Below, in pieces: positions 18,518-28,405 of a stretch of 64,000 nucleotides of DNA (the first letter of the stretch is position 1; the number at the start of each line of letters is the position of its first letter). Origin of the DNA: Anaerolineae bacterium (lineage in GTDB: Bacteria; Chloroflexota; Anaerolineae; CG2-30-64-16). The stretch covers positions 16,459-80,458 of the forward strand of contig JBBQRS010000003.1 of the NCBI GenBank assembly GCA_038214535.1, in the 5' to 3' direction. The position numbers and the translations under genes were made by a program. Below the pieces are notes generated by a model. That model saw only the letters and a list, made by a program, of their open reading frames with translations, made no database searches and was not told the DNA's origin.

Positions 18518-20743
18518 TTATTTTGGCAGCAAGAAGAACGCGCCCAGCAAAACCGAAACGGTGACCAATGCGACCAACAGGTAATTCTGTACCCGGCCGG
18601 TTTGCAGGGTGCGAACGGCCGCGCCGACCCGGTCGGTGACGACGCCTACCCCGTTCACTGTGGCATCAATGATGTGCGTGTCGAACAGCGCGCTGACGTC
18701 TGAGAAGCGCTTCGACACCTTGCCGACGCCGTCCACAATCGGGTCGATGACCAGGACATCGTCGAAGTGATAGAGCCAGTTCGCTAGCCGCTTGATGGGA
18801 CGCACGAGAATCCGGTCATAGAACTCGTCGAAGTAGTATTTGTTCTGCAGTATGGTGTAGATGGGTCCCAGAGTACGTTGCATGGGGTCGGGCTGGCGCA
18901 TGGGGTCCGCCGCATAGGCGGTGTCTTCGCTGTAGTTGCGGTAGACCAGCCAGCCGACGAAGAGGCCGCCCAGTGCGACCACCAGCGACACCAGCAGCGG
19001 CACGATGTTGAACGGTAGCTCCTCGGCGGCAAACCCGTAGGCCTCGGCCATGCTGCCCATGATGTGGTGGAACGGATTCGACGAGAGGTTCCCCAGCACC
19101 GGGAAGGTCGTCGGGATGCCGATCCAGCCGAGCGTCACGGCGAAGAAGGCCAACACGGCCAGCGGGATGATCATCCACAGGAAGATGCTGTCGCTCTCGC
19201 TCGCATGGGCGGCAGCCTGCGTGCGCGGCTTGCCGAAGAAGGTCATGGTGATCTGGCGGGCGGTGTAGAAGGCCGTCAGCGCGGCGGCCAGCGCCAGGAC
19301 GAAGAAGACGAGCTGGTGACCGTGTGCCCAGGCGTCGGCGAAAATTTCGTCCTTGCTCCAGAAGCCCGCCGTGACGATGGGGAAGCCGGCCAATGCAAGG
19401 CCGCCCAGCACAAACGTGATTGCCGTCTTCGGCATCCGCCCGAACAGCCCGCCCATGTTGCGCATGTCTTGCGGGTCGAAAATTTGCGCGTCGGCGGCAT
19501 GTTCCTCGTCGTGGCCGTGCGCCGTCTCGTGTTGGCCGTGTTCCATGCCGTGGATCACGCTGCCCGAACTGAGGAACAACAGGGACTTGAAGAACGCATG
19601 CGTCAAGAGATGGAAGGTCGCCGCGACGTATGCACCGATGCCCAGCGCGGCGAACATGAAACCGAGTTGGGAGATCGTGGAGTAGGCCAGTACCTTCTTG
19701 ATGTCGTTCTGCGCCAGCGCGATAGTGGCGGCGAAGAGCGCCGTGAACGAGCCGATGAAGGCGATGAACGTCAGCGCCGGGCCGTGATCCACCGCCGTCA
19801 TCAGCGGGTAGGTGCGGATGATGAGGTAAACGCCGGCGGAAACCATCGTCGCGGCATGGATCAGCGCCGACACGGGGGTCGGGCCTTCCATCGCATCCGG
19901 CAGCCAGACGTGCAGCGGGAACTGGGCGCTCTTGCCGATCGCGCCGAAGAAGATCAGGATGGCGATGATGGTGGCCCAGGGCGTCGGGCCGATCAGCGGT
20001 ACGTTGGCGGTAGCCGTCACCAGGGCATTCAGCGTCTCCGGACGAAAGATCGCCGAAAAGTTCAGTGAGCCGACCTGAATATACAGGAAGAACATGCCCG
20101 TCAACATGATTGTGTCGCCGATACGCGTGGTCAGGAACGCTTTCAGTCCTGCCTGTTTCGGTGTGATCTTCCTGGGGTCGGCGTATTCGCGGGCGAACCA
20201 GAAGCCGATGAGCAGGTAGGAGCAGAGGCCCATGATCTCCCAGAAGATGAACAAGAGGATCATGTTGTCGGCCAGGATGAAGCCCAACATGCCACAGGCG
20301 AAGAGGGCGATGTAGGCGAAGAAGCGCGCGGCGAGCGGATCCACGTGGCCGGGTTCGGCGGGGACGCCGGGTTCGGCGTGCGCGGCGAGTGGTTTGCCCA
20401 TCCCCATATAGCCGACCGCATAGATGAAGATTAACAGGCAGACGAAGGGCACCATGAAGAGCATCACGGCTGTCAGGGGGTCAATGGCGAACCCCAGGCT
20501 GTGCCACGTGCTACCGGTGGGCAACCAGTCGCGGAAAATGCGGAACGGGTCTTCCGCCAGCCCTTCGGTGCGGAAGGCCGTGAAGGCCATCAGCCAGCTT
20601 ACGATCCAGGCCGCGCCGATCGCGCCGATAGCGAGGCCCGCGCTGAGCTTCTTGCTGCGATGCGCCCACAGAACAATGATAACAAAAGCCACGAACGGTA
20701 AAACGGGCGGCAACCACAGCAGATTGAATATGGATTCAGACAT
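18518..20743 (-). CDS. nuoL: NADH-quinone oxidoreductase subunit L, second set, unusually long (741 aa) with His/acidic-rich loop insertion
   Basis: Conserved WLPDAMEGPTPVSALIHAATMV core; insertion HGMEHGQHETAHGHDEEHAADAQIFDPQD (approx. nt 19453-19546) absent from the plus-strand NuoL. Confidence 0.85.
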   Translation of the reverse strand: MSESIFNLLWLPPVLPFVAFVIIVLWAHRSKKLSAGLAIGAIGAAWIVSWLMAFTAFRTEGLAEDPFRIFRDWLPTGSTWHSLGFAIDPLTAVMLFMVPFVCLLIFIYAVGYMGMGKPLAAHAEPGVPAEPGHVDPLAARFFAYIALFACGMLGFILADNMILLFIFWEIMGLCSYLLIGFWFAREYADPRKITPKQAGLKAFLTTRIGDTIMLTGMFFLYIQVGSLNFSAIFRPETLNALVTATANVPLIGPTPWATIIAILIFFGAIGKSAQFPLHVWLPDAMEGPTPVSALIHAATMVSAGVYLIIRTYPLMTAVDHGPALTFIAFIGSFTALFAATIALAQNDIKKVLAYSTISQLGFMFAALGIGAYVAATFHLLTHAFFKSLLFLSSGSVIHGMEHGQHETAHGHDEEHAADAQIFDPQDMRNMGGLFGRMPKTAITFVLGGLALAGFPIVTAGFWSKDEIFADAWAHGHQLVFFVLALAAALTAFYTARQITMTFFGKPRTQAAAHASESDSIFLWMIIPLAVLAFFAVTLGWIGIPTTFPVLGNLSSNPFHHIMGSMAEAYGFAAEELPFNIVPLLVSLVVALGGLFVGWLVYRNYSEDTAYAADPMRQPDPMQRTLGPIYTILQNKYYFDEFYDRILVRPIKRLANWLYHFDDVLVIDPIVDGVGKVSKRFSDVSALFDTHIIDATVNGVGVVTDRVGAAVRTLQTGRVQNYLLVALVTVSVLLGAFFLLPK

Positions 20744-20799
20744 AAATACGTCCCCTCGGTCTTGAAGGCGAGAGAAACCGGCGACCTGTAAACTTATTT

Positions 20800-20854
20800 G
20801 TAGTCTAGCCCCTCGTGAGCGTCGCCGACGGGCACAAGGCCCCTATGCTACGGA
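20800..20854. repeat. conserved ~55-nt non-palindromic intergenic motif, copy A (between nuoK and nuoL of the minus-strand cluster)
   Basis: gtagtctagcccctcgtgagcgtcgccgacgggcacaaggcccctatgctacgga is ~80% identical to 56804-56857. Confidence 0.45.
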
Positions 20855-20860
20855 CCTGAC

Positions 20861-21169
20861 TCAACCGCTCATCAGGTCGAGTTCGGGCACATTAATGGTG
20901 TGGCGCTGCCGGTAGACGGCCAGAATCAGCGCCAGCCCGACCGCGGCTTCGGCGGCGGCCACGGTGATGACGATGATGGCGAACGCCTGGCCGTCCATCT
21001 TCGCGGCGCTGATATAGCGCCAGAAGGCTAGCAGGTTCAGGTTCACGGCGTTCAGCATCAGCTCGATGCCCATCAGGATGCCGACGGCGTTACGACGGAT
21101 CAGCGCCCCGACGAGGCCGATGCAGAAGAGGCCGGTTGCAACAACGAGATACCACGTCAGCGGAACCAT
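20861..21169 (-). CDS. nuoK: NADH-quinone oxidoreductase subunit K, second set
   Basis: 102 aa; GIELMLNAVNLNLLAF motif. Confidence 0.85.
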   Translation of the reverse strand: MVPLTWYLVVATGLFCIGLVGALIRRNAVGILMGIELMLNAVNLNLLAFWRYISAAKMDGQAFAIIVITVAAAEAAVGLALILAVYRQRHTINVPELDLMSG

Positions 21170-21694
21170 TTATTCTCGCTCCCGTGCGACGATGATTGCC
21201 CCAATCAGCGCGGCGACCAGCAGGATGGACGCCACCTCAAACGGAATGACGTATGGGCCGACAAACCCCGCCCCCAACTGCTGGATGGCGTCGGGCGGGA
21301 CGGCCTGCACGTTGACGGGCCAGGGGATTTGCGTGACGATGGCCGCCAGCGCGACAAAAAGCAGCGCGCCGAAGCCCACCACCAGCCGCCACTGGTTGTT
21401 GAACCGCGCCTCATCTGAGGCCATGACGTTGCGGCTCAACATGATGGCGAAGATAATCAGCGTGGCAATCGCGCCGATGTAAACCAGCACCTGCACGACG
21501 GCCAGGAATTCCGCCTCAAGCAGGATGTAGAGCGCGGCAATGCCGGCGAAGGAGAGGATGAGCCACAGCGCGCTGCGGAACAGGCTGCGTGATGTCACCA
21601 CCATGAGCGCCGCCCCCAGCGTCAGGAGGCTCAGCATAATGAAGATCACCTGCTGCATGAAGGCTTCCCCCCGATCAAGAACCAATGAACACAC
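21170..21694 (-). CDS. nuoJ: NADH-quinone oxidoreductase subunit J, second set
   Basis: 174-aa 5-TM ORF with NuoJ-like LLEAEFLAVVQVLVYIGAI; alternative start at MQQVIFIM. Confidence 0.8.
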   Translation of the reverse strand: MCSLVLDRGEAFMQQVIFIMLSLLTLGAALMVVTSRSLFRSALWLILSFAGIAALYILLEAEFLAVVQVLVYIGAIATLIIFAIMLSRNVMASDEARFNNQWRLVVGFGALLFVALAAIVTQIPWPVNVQAVPPDAIQQLGAGFVGPYVIPFEVASILLVAALIGAIIVARERE

Positions 21695-21700
21695 ATAAGA

Positions 21701-22882
21701 TCAGGTATTTCCCTGCGATTCGAGCGGGACCCAGCCCTGTTGGCGCGCATGGCGTTTGGCGGCCCGCCCCAGGGCCCCCAGGGTCACCAGCAACACACCG
21801 AGACTGCCGGCCAGGATGAGCGCCCACTGCACAGGGGCAGGCACGGGCAGCTTCATGGCTATGGCAATCCAGAGTAAGTTGACCAGCGAGACGGGCACCA
21901 ACACCTTCCAGGCCAGATCGAGCATCTGGTCAATGCGGAAGCGGGGCCACGTGCCGCGAATCCACATCAGCACGAAGATGACGGCCACGATCTTGGCGAT
22001 GAAGTAGAAGGGGCCGAGCGCCGGGACAGCGGAACCGCCGGGCCCGCGCCAGCCGCCGAGGAAGAGCGTCGTTGTGATGGCCGCAATGGCGAAGAGGTTG
22101 CCATATTCGGCGATGTAGAACCAGCCGAACTTCAGACCGCTGTATTCTACGAAATAACCGGCGACGATCTCCGATTCGGCCTCGAGCAAGTCGAACGGGG
22201 TGCGCCCCGTCTCGGCGATCCCGCTGAGCAGGTAGACCAGGAAGGTGGCCGGCATGATGACGATGAACGGCAGGACTTGCGCCTCGACCACGTCGCCCAT
22301 CCGCATCGAGCCAACGAGCAGCGTGACGGCGGCGATGGAGAGGATCATCGGCACTTCGTAACTCAGGAGTTGCGCTACCGCGCGGAACGCCCCCAGCAGC
22401 GCGTATTTGTTGTTCGATGACCAGCCTGCCATCAGCACGGAGACGGTGGTGATGGAGCCGATCGCGACGACGTAAAGCACACCGATGTTGAGGTCGGCGG
22501 CGGCCATGCCCCGGCCAAACGGGATCACCGCCCACAGGAGCGCCGCGCCGGCGGCGATGAGGATGGGCGCGAGGTTGAAGACCGGCTTGTCGGCCCCGTC
22601 GGGGACGACATCCTCTTTGACGAGCATCTTCACGGCATCGGCAAACCCCTGAAAGACGCCGAAGGGGCCGAGGCGGTTGGGACCGAGGCGGTTCTGGATG
22701 CGGGCGATGGTCTTGCGCTCCATCCAGGTGAAGCTGAGCGTCGCCAGCACGGGCATCATCACCAGGATCACAGCCATGATGAGGAAGTTGAGCGTGTTGA
22801 CGGCCCAACCCGGCAGGAAGCCGTCAATCCAGCCTGTCCACGAACGGGCGATATTTACGAAGAAGTCTCGAAAGTAGTCCAT
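21701..22882 (-). CDS. nuoH: NADH-quinone oxidoreductase subunit H, second set
   Basis: RKTIARIQNRLGPNRLGPFGVFQGFADAVKMLVKED signature of NuoH/ND1. Confidence 0.85.
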   Translation of the reverse strand: MDYFRDFFVNIARSWTGWIDGFLPGWAVNTLNFLIMAVILVMMPVLATLSFTWMERKTIARIQNRLGPNRLGPFGVFQGFADAVKMLVKEDVVPDGADKPVFNLAPILIAAGAALLWAVIPFGRGMAAADLNIGVLYVVAIGSITTVSVLMAGWSSNNKYALLGAFRAVAQLLSYEVPMILSIAAVTLLVGSMRMGDVVEAQVLPFIVIMPATFLVYLLSGIAETGRTPFDLLEAESEIVAGYFVEYSGLKFGWFYIAEYGNLFAIAAITTTLFLGGWRGPGGSAVPALGPFYFIAKIVAVIFVLMWIRGTWPRFRIDQMLDLAWKVLVPVSLVNLLWIAIAMKLPVPAPVQWALILAGSLGVLLVTLGALGRAAKRHARQQGWVPLESQGNT

Positions 22883-23027
22883 ACTTGCGTTCCACTCTTG
22901 ATTGCGCGGCGACGAGATTCTTCGCTGAAGTCTCTCGGCAACGAACGTTTGTCGGGCGGCCCGCTCACGTTACCGTGACAAGTGCGCGACTACCGCCGCA
23001 AATTCTCAATGTGCATGAGCCGGATGC

Positions 23028-23390
23028 TTACCACTCCAGGGCGTCTTTGCGCCAGGCGTAGAGGAGCCCGCCCAGCAATATCAGGACGAAGACCATCATC
23101 TCGATGAGCGCATATAATCCCAGCTTGTTGTATGCGACTGCCCACGGGAAAATGAAGACGGCTTCCACGTCGAACACGACGAAGATCAGCGCAAAGATGT
23201 AATATTGGGCTTTGAACTGCACCCACGTATCGCCGATGGTTTCCATCCCGCATTCGTAGGTGGCATTTTTGACCGCATTGGGTTTTTTGGGCCGCAAGAA
23301 CCGGGCAAGGATTAACCCGATGATGGGCAGCGCAAGCGCAACGAGTATGAAGATGCCCAAAAACGCATACTGTGAAGGCACAGCCAACCC
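23028..23390 (-). CDS. nuoA: NADH-quinone oxidoreductase subunit A, second set
   Basis: NuoA-like ...ATYECGMETIGDTWVQF...FIFPWAV; GTG start at 23390 preceded by GGGAGG RBS; the upstream in-frame extension of the 169-aa ORF is rejected. Confidence 0.7.
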   Translation of the reverse strand, partial: GLAVPSQYAFLGIFILVALALPIIGLILARFLRPKKPNAVKNATYECGMETIGDTWVQFKAQYYIFALIFVVFDVEAVFIFPWAVAYNKLGLYALIEMMVFVLILLGGLLYAWRKDALEW

Positions 23391-23762
23391 TCCCTTGGGT
23401 CGCGTCGTCCCGGGAAGAAGTAAAGAGACTGCACGCGGGGTTGTCAACGTTGATTCGGTTGCGGGCCACACGCGCCTGTAACCGTTCAGACTGCGTGCGT
23501 AGTGTAACACAACCAAAAAGCCAGTGCAAAGATTCACGTCTTAACTGGAAGCCAGATACCAGATTCTAGCGGTCATCCGGCCGACAATATGTATATTGTA
23601 AATTAAGTCACATAATTACCGATCAATTTGCGTTCGGATGACCAAAACGGTTTGACAATGGGCAAGCGTTCGTGATAGACTTTGCAAGCCCTGCCGGGTA
23701 TTGCCCCTGAGCGCGGGGCGAATCCTCATATCATCGGTTAGTGTCAATACACGCAGCGTTGC
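23391..23762. promoter_or_regulatory. AT-rich divergent promoter region between the two nuo gene sets
   Basis: Plus-strand TTGACA (23652-57)-17 nt-TGnTAGACT candidate for the complete operon; minus-strand TTGACA (rc of 23443-48)-18 nt-TTTACT weaker candidate; local AT enrichment (gtatattgtaaattaagtcacataattacc). Confidence 0.4.
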
Positions 23763-24143
23763 GTGGCTCGAAGGAGTCTTCCCGCGATGCCTGAAGGCTA
23801 TCTCCCTATATTAGTGATGCTCGTGATTGCGGGGGCTTTTGCCGTGATTGCCCTCGTTGCTTCGGCGCTGTTGGGGCCGAAGCGTTACAATAAGGCCAAG
23901 AACGAGCCTTACGAATCCGGCATCCTGCCGTTTGGCGACGCCAAACAGCGCTTCCCGATTCAGTTCTACGTAATCGCGGTGCTGTTCATCCTTTTCGATA
24001 TCGAAGTTATCATGATGTATCCGTGGGCTGTCGCTGCCCGCAAGCTGGGCGTCTTCGGCCTGGTCGAAATGGGTATCTTCCTGGCGATCTTGCTCGTGGG
24101 GTTCATCTATGCCTGGAAGAGCGATGCCTTCAAGTGGCTTTGA
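23763..24143 (+). CDS. nuoA: NADH-quinone oxidoreductase subunit A
   Basis: 126-aa 3-TM protein ...NEPYESGILPFGDAKQRFPIQFYVIAVLFILFDIEV...; alternative start MPEGYLPIL at 23787. Confidence 0.8.
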   Translation: MARRSLPAMPEGYLPILVMLVIAGAFAVIALVASALLGPKRYNKAKNEPYESGILPFGDAKQRFPIQFYVIAVLFILFDIEVIMMYPWAVAARKLGVFGLVEMGIFLAILLVGFIYAWKSDAFKWL

Positions 24144-24194
24144 TATGGGCAGCCTTGTGCCGCGGGTTGCTGTTCGAACGAGTCGAGGATAGTT

Positions 24195-24683
24195 ATGGGT
24201 CTTGAAGAACATTTGCCCGAAGAAGGTTTCATCACCACGACGCTGGAAGGCGCGGTGGGCTGGGGGCGCAAGTATTCCCTCTTCCCGCTGAGTTTTGGCC
24301 TGGCGTGTTGCGCCATCGAGCAGATCGGTTCAGGGACCAGCCGGTTTGATATCAGCCGGTTCGGGTCGGAGGTGTTCCGGGCTTCGCCGCGTCAGGCCGA
24401 TCTGTTGATCGTGTCGGGCCGCGTCAGCAACAAGATGGCCCCCGTGGTCAAGCGGTTGTACGATCAGATGCTCGAACCCAAGTGGGTGATCGCGATGGGG
24501 ATCTGCGCCAGCGCCGGTGGACCGTTCAATAACTATGCCATCGTGCAGGGGGTGGATAAGCTGATTCCGGTGGACGTTTACGTGCCCGGATGCCCGCCCC
24601 GCCCCGAAGCGCTGCTTTACGCCTTGACGCTGCTGCAGAAGAAAGTCCAGGAGACCAAGTTCCGGGAACAGTTGCACACATGA
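24195..24683 (+). CDS. nuoB: NADH-quinone oxidoreductase subunit B
   Basis: FGLACCAIE...[10 protein letters not shown]...PGCPPRP N2-cluster Cys motifs. Confidence 0.85.
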   Translation: MGLEEHLPEEGFITTTLEGAVGWGRKYSLFPLSFGLACCAIEQIGSGTSRFDISRFGSEVFRASPRQADLLIVSGRVSNKMAPVVKRLYDQMLEPKWVIAMGICASAGGPFNNYAIVQGVDKLIPVDVYVPGCPPRPEALLYALTLLQKKVQETKFREQLHT

Positions 24684-26437
24684 GCACGATCACCCTGGAT
24701 GTGGATGCGATCACGGGGCGGTTCCCGCACGCCGTCCATGAACCGGTTAAGCTTCTTGACGAGGCGACGCTCACCGTCCCTGCCGGTGAGCTGATTCCGC
24801 TGTTAACCTTCTTACGCGACGCGCCGGAATTGCGTTTCAACCACCTGGCCGACGTCACCTCGGTGGACATGAGCCGGTATCCGGGTCGGGCCGGAAACGC
24901 GGCGCGCTTCATGACGTTGTATCAGCTCTTTTCGACAGAAACCGGAAAACGGCTTCGCATCAAGGTTCCCGCCCCCGGCGGCGACCGACCCAGCGTCCCC
25001 ACAGTGACCGGCCTCTGGCCCGGCGCAAACTGGTTCGAGCGCGAGATCTATGATCTCATGGGCATCCGGTTCGAGGGGCATCCCGACCTGCGCCGGCTGC
25101 TTCTGCCGCAGGATTGGCCAAATCACCCGTTACGCAAAGACGTGCCACGCGGCGGCGAGGATGTGCCCTTCTCGATGACCTGGGAAGACGAGGAATTCGA
25201 GTCTTTCGGCAAGCAGATCATCGAAGCGCCGTCTGTCCGTCAGGCGCCGCCGAAACAGGCGGACGCGAACCGGCATATGATCCTTAACATGGGGCCACAG
25301 CATCCCGCCACACATGGCGTCCTCCGGTTGATCGTCGAACTGGACGGCGAGCGGATCGTGGCCGTCTACCCGGATATCGGTTATTTGCATTCGGGCTTCG
25401 AGAAGCAGGGCGAGACGATCCGGTATAAGGACTTCACGCCGTATACCGACCGGACGGACTATATGTCCTCCATGAGCAACAACCTGGGCTATGCGCTGGC
25501 CGTCGAGAAGCTGATGGGCGTCGAAATCCCGCCGCGCGCGCAGGTGTTGCGCGTGATCATGGCCGAGTTGCAACGCCTAGTATCGCATCTGGTGTGGTTG
25601 GGCACGCACGTGATGGATGCGTCGGGCGTCAGCCACGCGCTGTTGATGTACGCGTTTCGCGAGCGCGAGCAAATTCTGGATATCTTCGAGTTGGTCAGCG
25701 GTGCGCGCATGACCCTTTCCTACATCCGCCCCGGCGGGCTGTGGAAGGACGTGCCGCCCAGCTTTACGCAGCGGGTGCAAGACTTGCTGGCTACCCTGCC
25801 GAAGCGCATTGACGAGTACGAGCGGATGATCACGGAAAACCCGGTGTGGCTGGCGCGCACGCGCGGCATCGGCAGGCTGACGGTGGAGCAGTGCCTCGCC
25901 CTGGGCGTGACCGGCCCCATGTTGCGTGCGAGCGGCCTGGCCTTCGACTATCGTAAGGCGCGCCCTTACAGCGGCTACGAGAACTACGATTTTGTCGTCC
26001 CGACTTCCAACGAAGGCGACACCTACGCCCGTTACATGGTTCACATCGAGGAGATGCGCCAGAGCGTACGCATCATCGCGCAGGCGATGGCGAACCTTCC
26101 GGACGGGCCGGTGCAGACGGCGGATCGCAAGATGGCCCTGCCGCCCCGGCAAGAGTTGGACACCAGCATGGAAGCTGTCATTCATCACTTCAAGCTGATG
26201 ACCGAGGGCTTCACGCCGCCGCGGGGCGAGGTCTACGAGCCGATCGAGAACCCAAAGGGCGAGCTGGGCTATTACCTGGTGAGTGATGGTTCTGCCATTC
26301 CGTACCGGTTGCACATCCGAACGCCATCCTTTGTTAACTTGCAGTCCATTGACACGATGGCGCGGGGTGGGATGATTGCGGATCTGGTCGTGTTGATCGG
26401 GACGATAGATATTGTGTTGGGCGATGTGGACAGGTGA
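24680..26437 (+). CDS. nuoCD: NADH-quinone oxidoreductase fused subunit C/D
   Basis: 585 aa; N-terminal NuoC-like ~170 aa followed by NuoD (NiFe-hydrogenase large-subunit-like); ATG 24680 overlaps the nuoB stop (ATGA). Confidence 0.85.
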   Translation: MSTITLDVDAITGRFPHAVHEPVKLLDEATLTVPAGELIPLLTFLRDAPELRFNHLADVTSVDMSRYPGRAGNAARFMTLYQLFSTETGKRLRIKVPAPGGDRPSVPTVTGLWPGANWFEREIYDLMGIRFEGHPDLRRLLLPQDWPNHPLRKDVPRGGEDVPFSMTWEDEEFESFGKQIIEAPSVRQAPPKQADANRHMILNMGPQHPATHGVLRLIVELDGERIVAVYPDIGYLHSGFEKQGETIRYKDFTPYTDRTDYMSSMSNNLGYALAVEKLMGVEIPPRAQVLRVIMAELQRLVSHLVWLGTHVMDASGVSHALLMYAFREREQILDIFELVSGARMTLSYIRPGGLWKDVPPSFTQRVQDLLATLPKRIDEYERMITENPVWLARTRGIGRLTVEQCLALGVTGPMLRASGLAFDYRKARPYSGYENYDFVVPTSNEGDTYARYMVHIEEMRQSVRIIAQAMANLPDGPVQTADRKMALPPRQELDTSMEAVIHHFKLMTEGFTPPRGEVYEPIENPKGELGYYLVSDGSAIPYRLHIRTPSFVNLQSIDTMARGGMIADLVVLIGTIDIVLGDVDR

Positions 26438-26444
26438 AATTTAG

Positions 26445-28370
<1,926 letters not shown>

Positions 28371-28405
28371 CGCCCGATTCCAGCGTTTCGTTTTGAGGTT
28401 ACGCT

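Noticed and set aside
23028-23537. Full 169-aa ORF as the nuoA paralog
   Set aside because: The N-terminal 50 residues have no NuoA counterpart. A GTG at 23390 with a GGGAGG RBS gives a canonical ~120-aa NuoA, and the upstream part overlaps the predicted promoter region.
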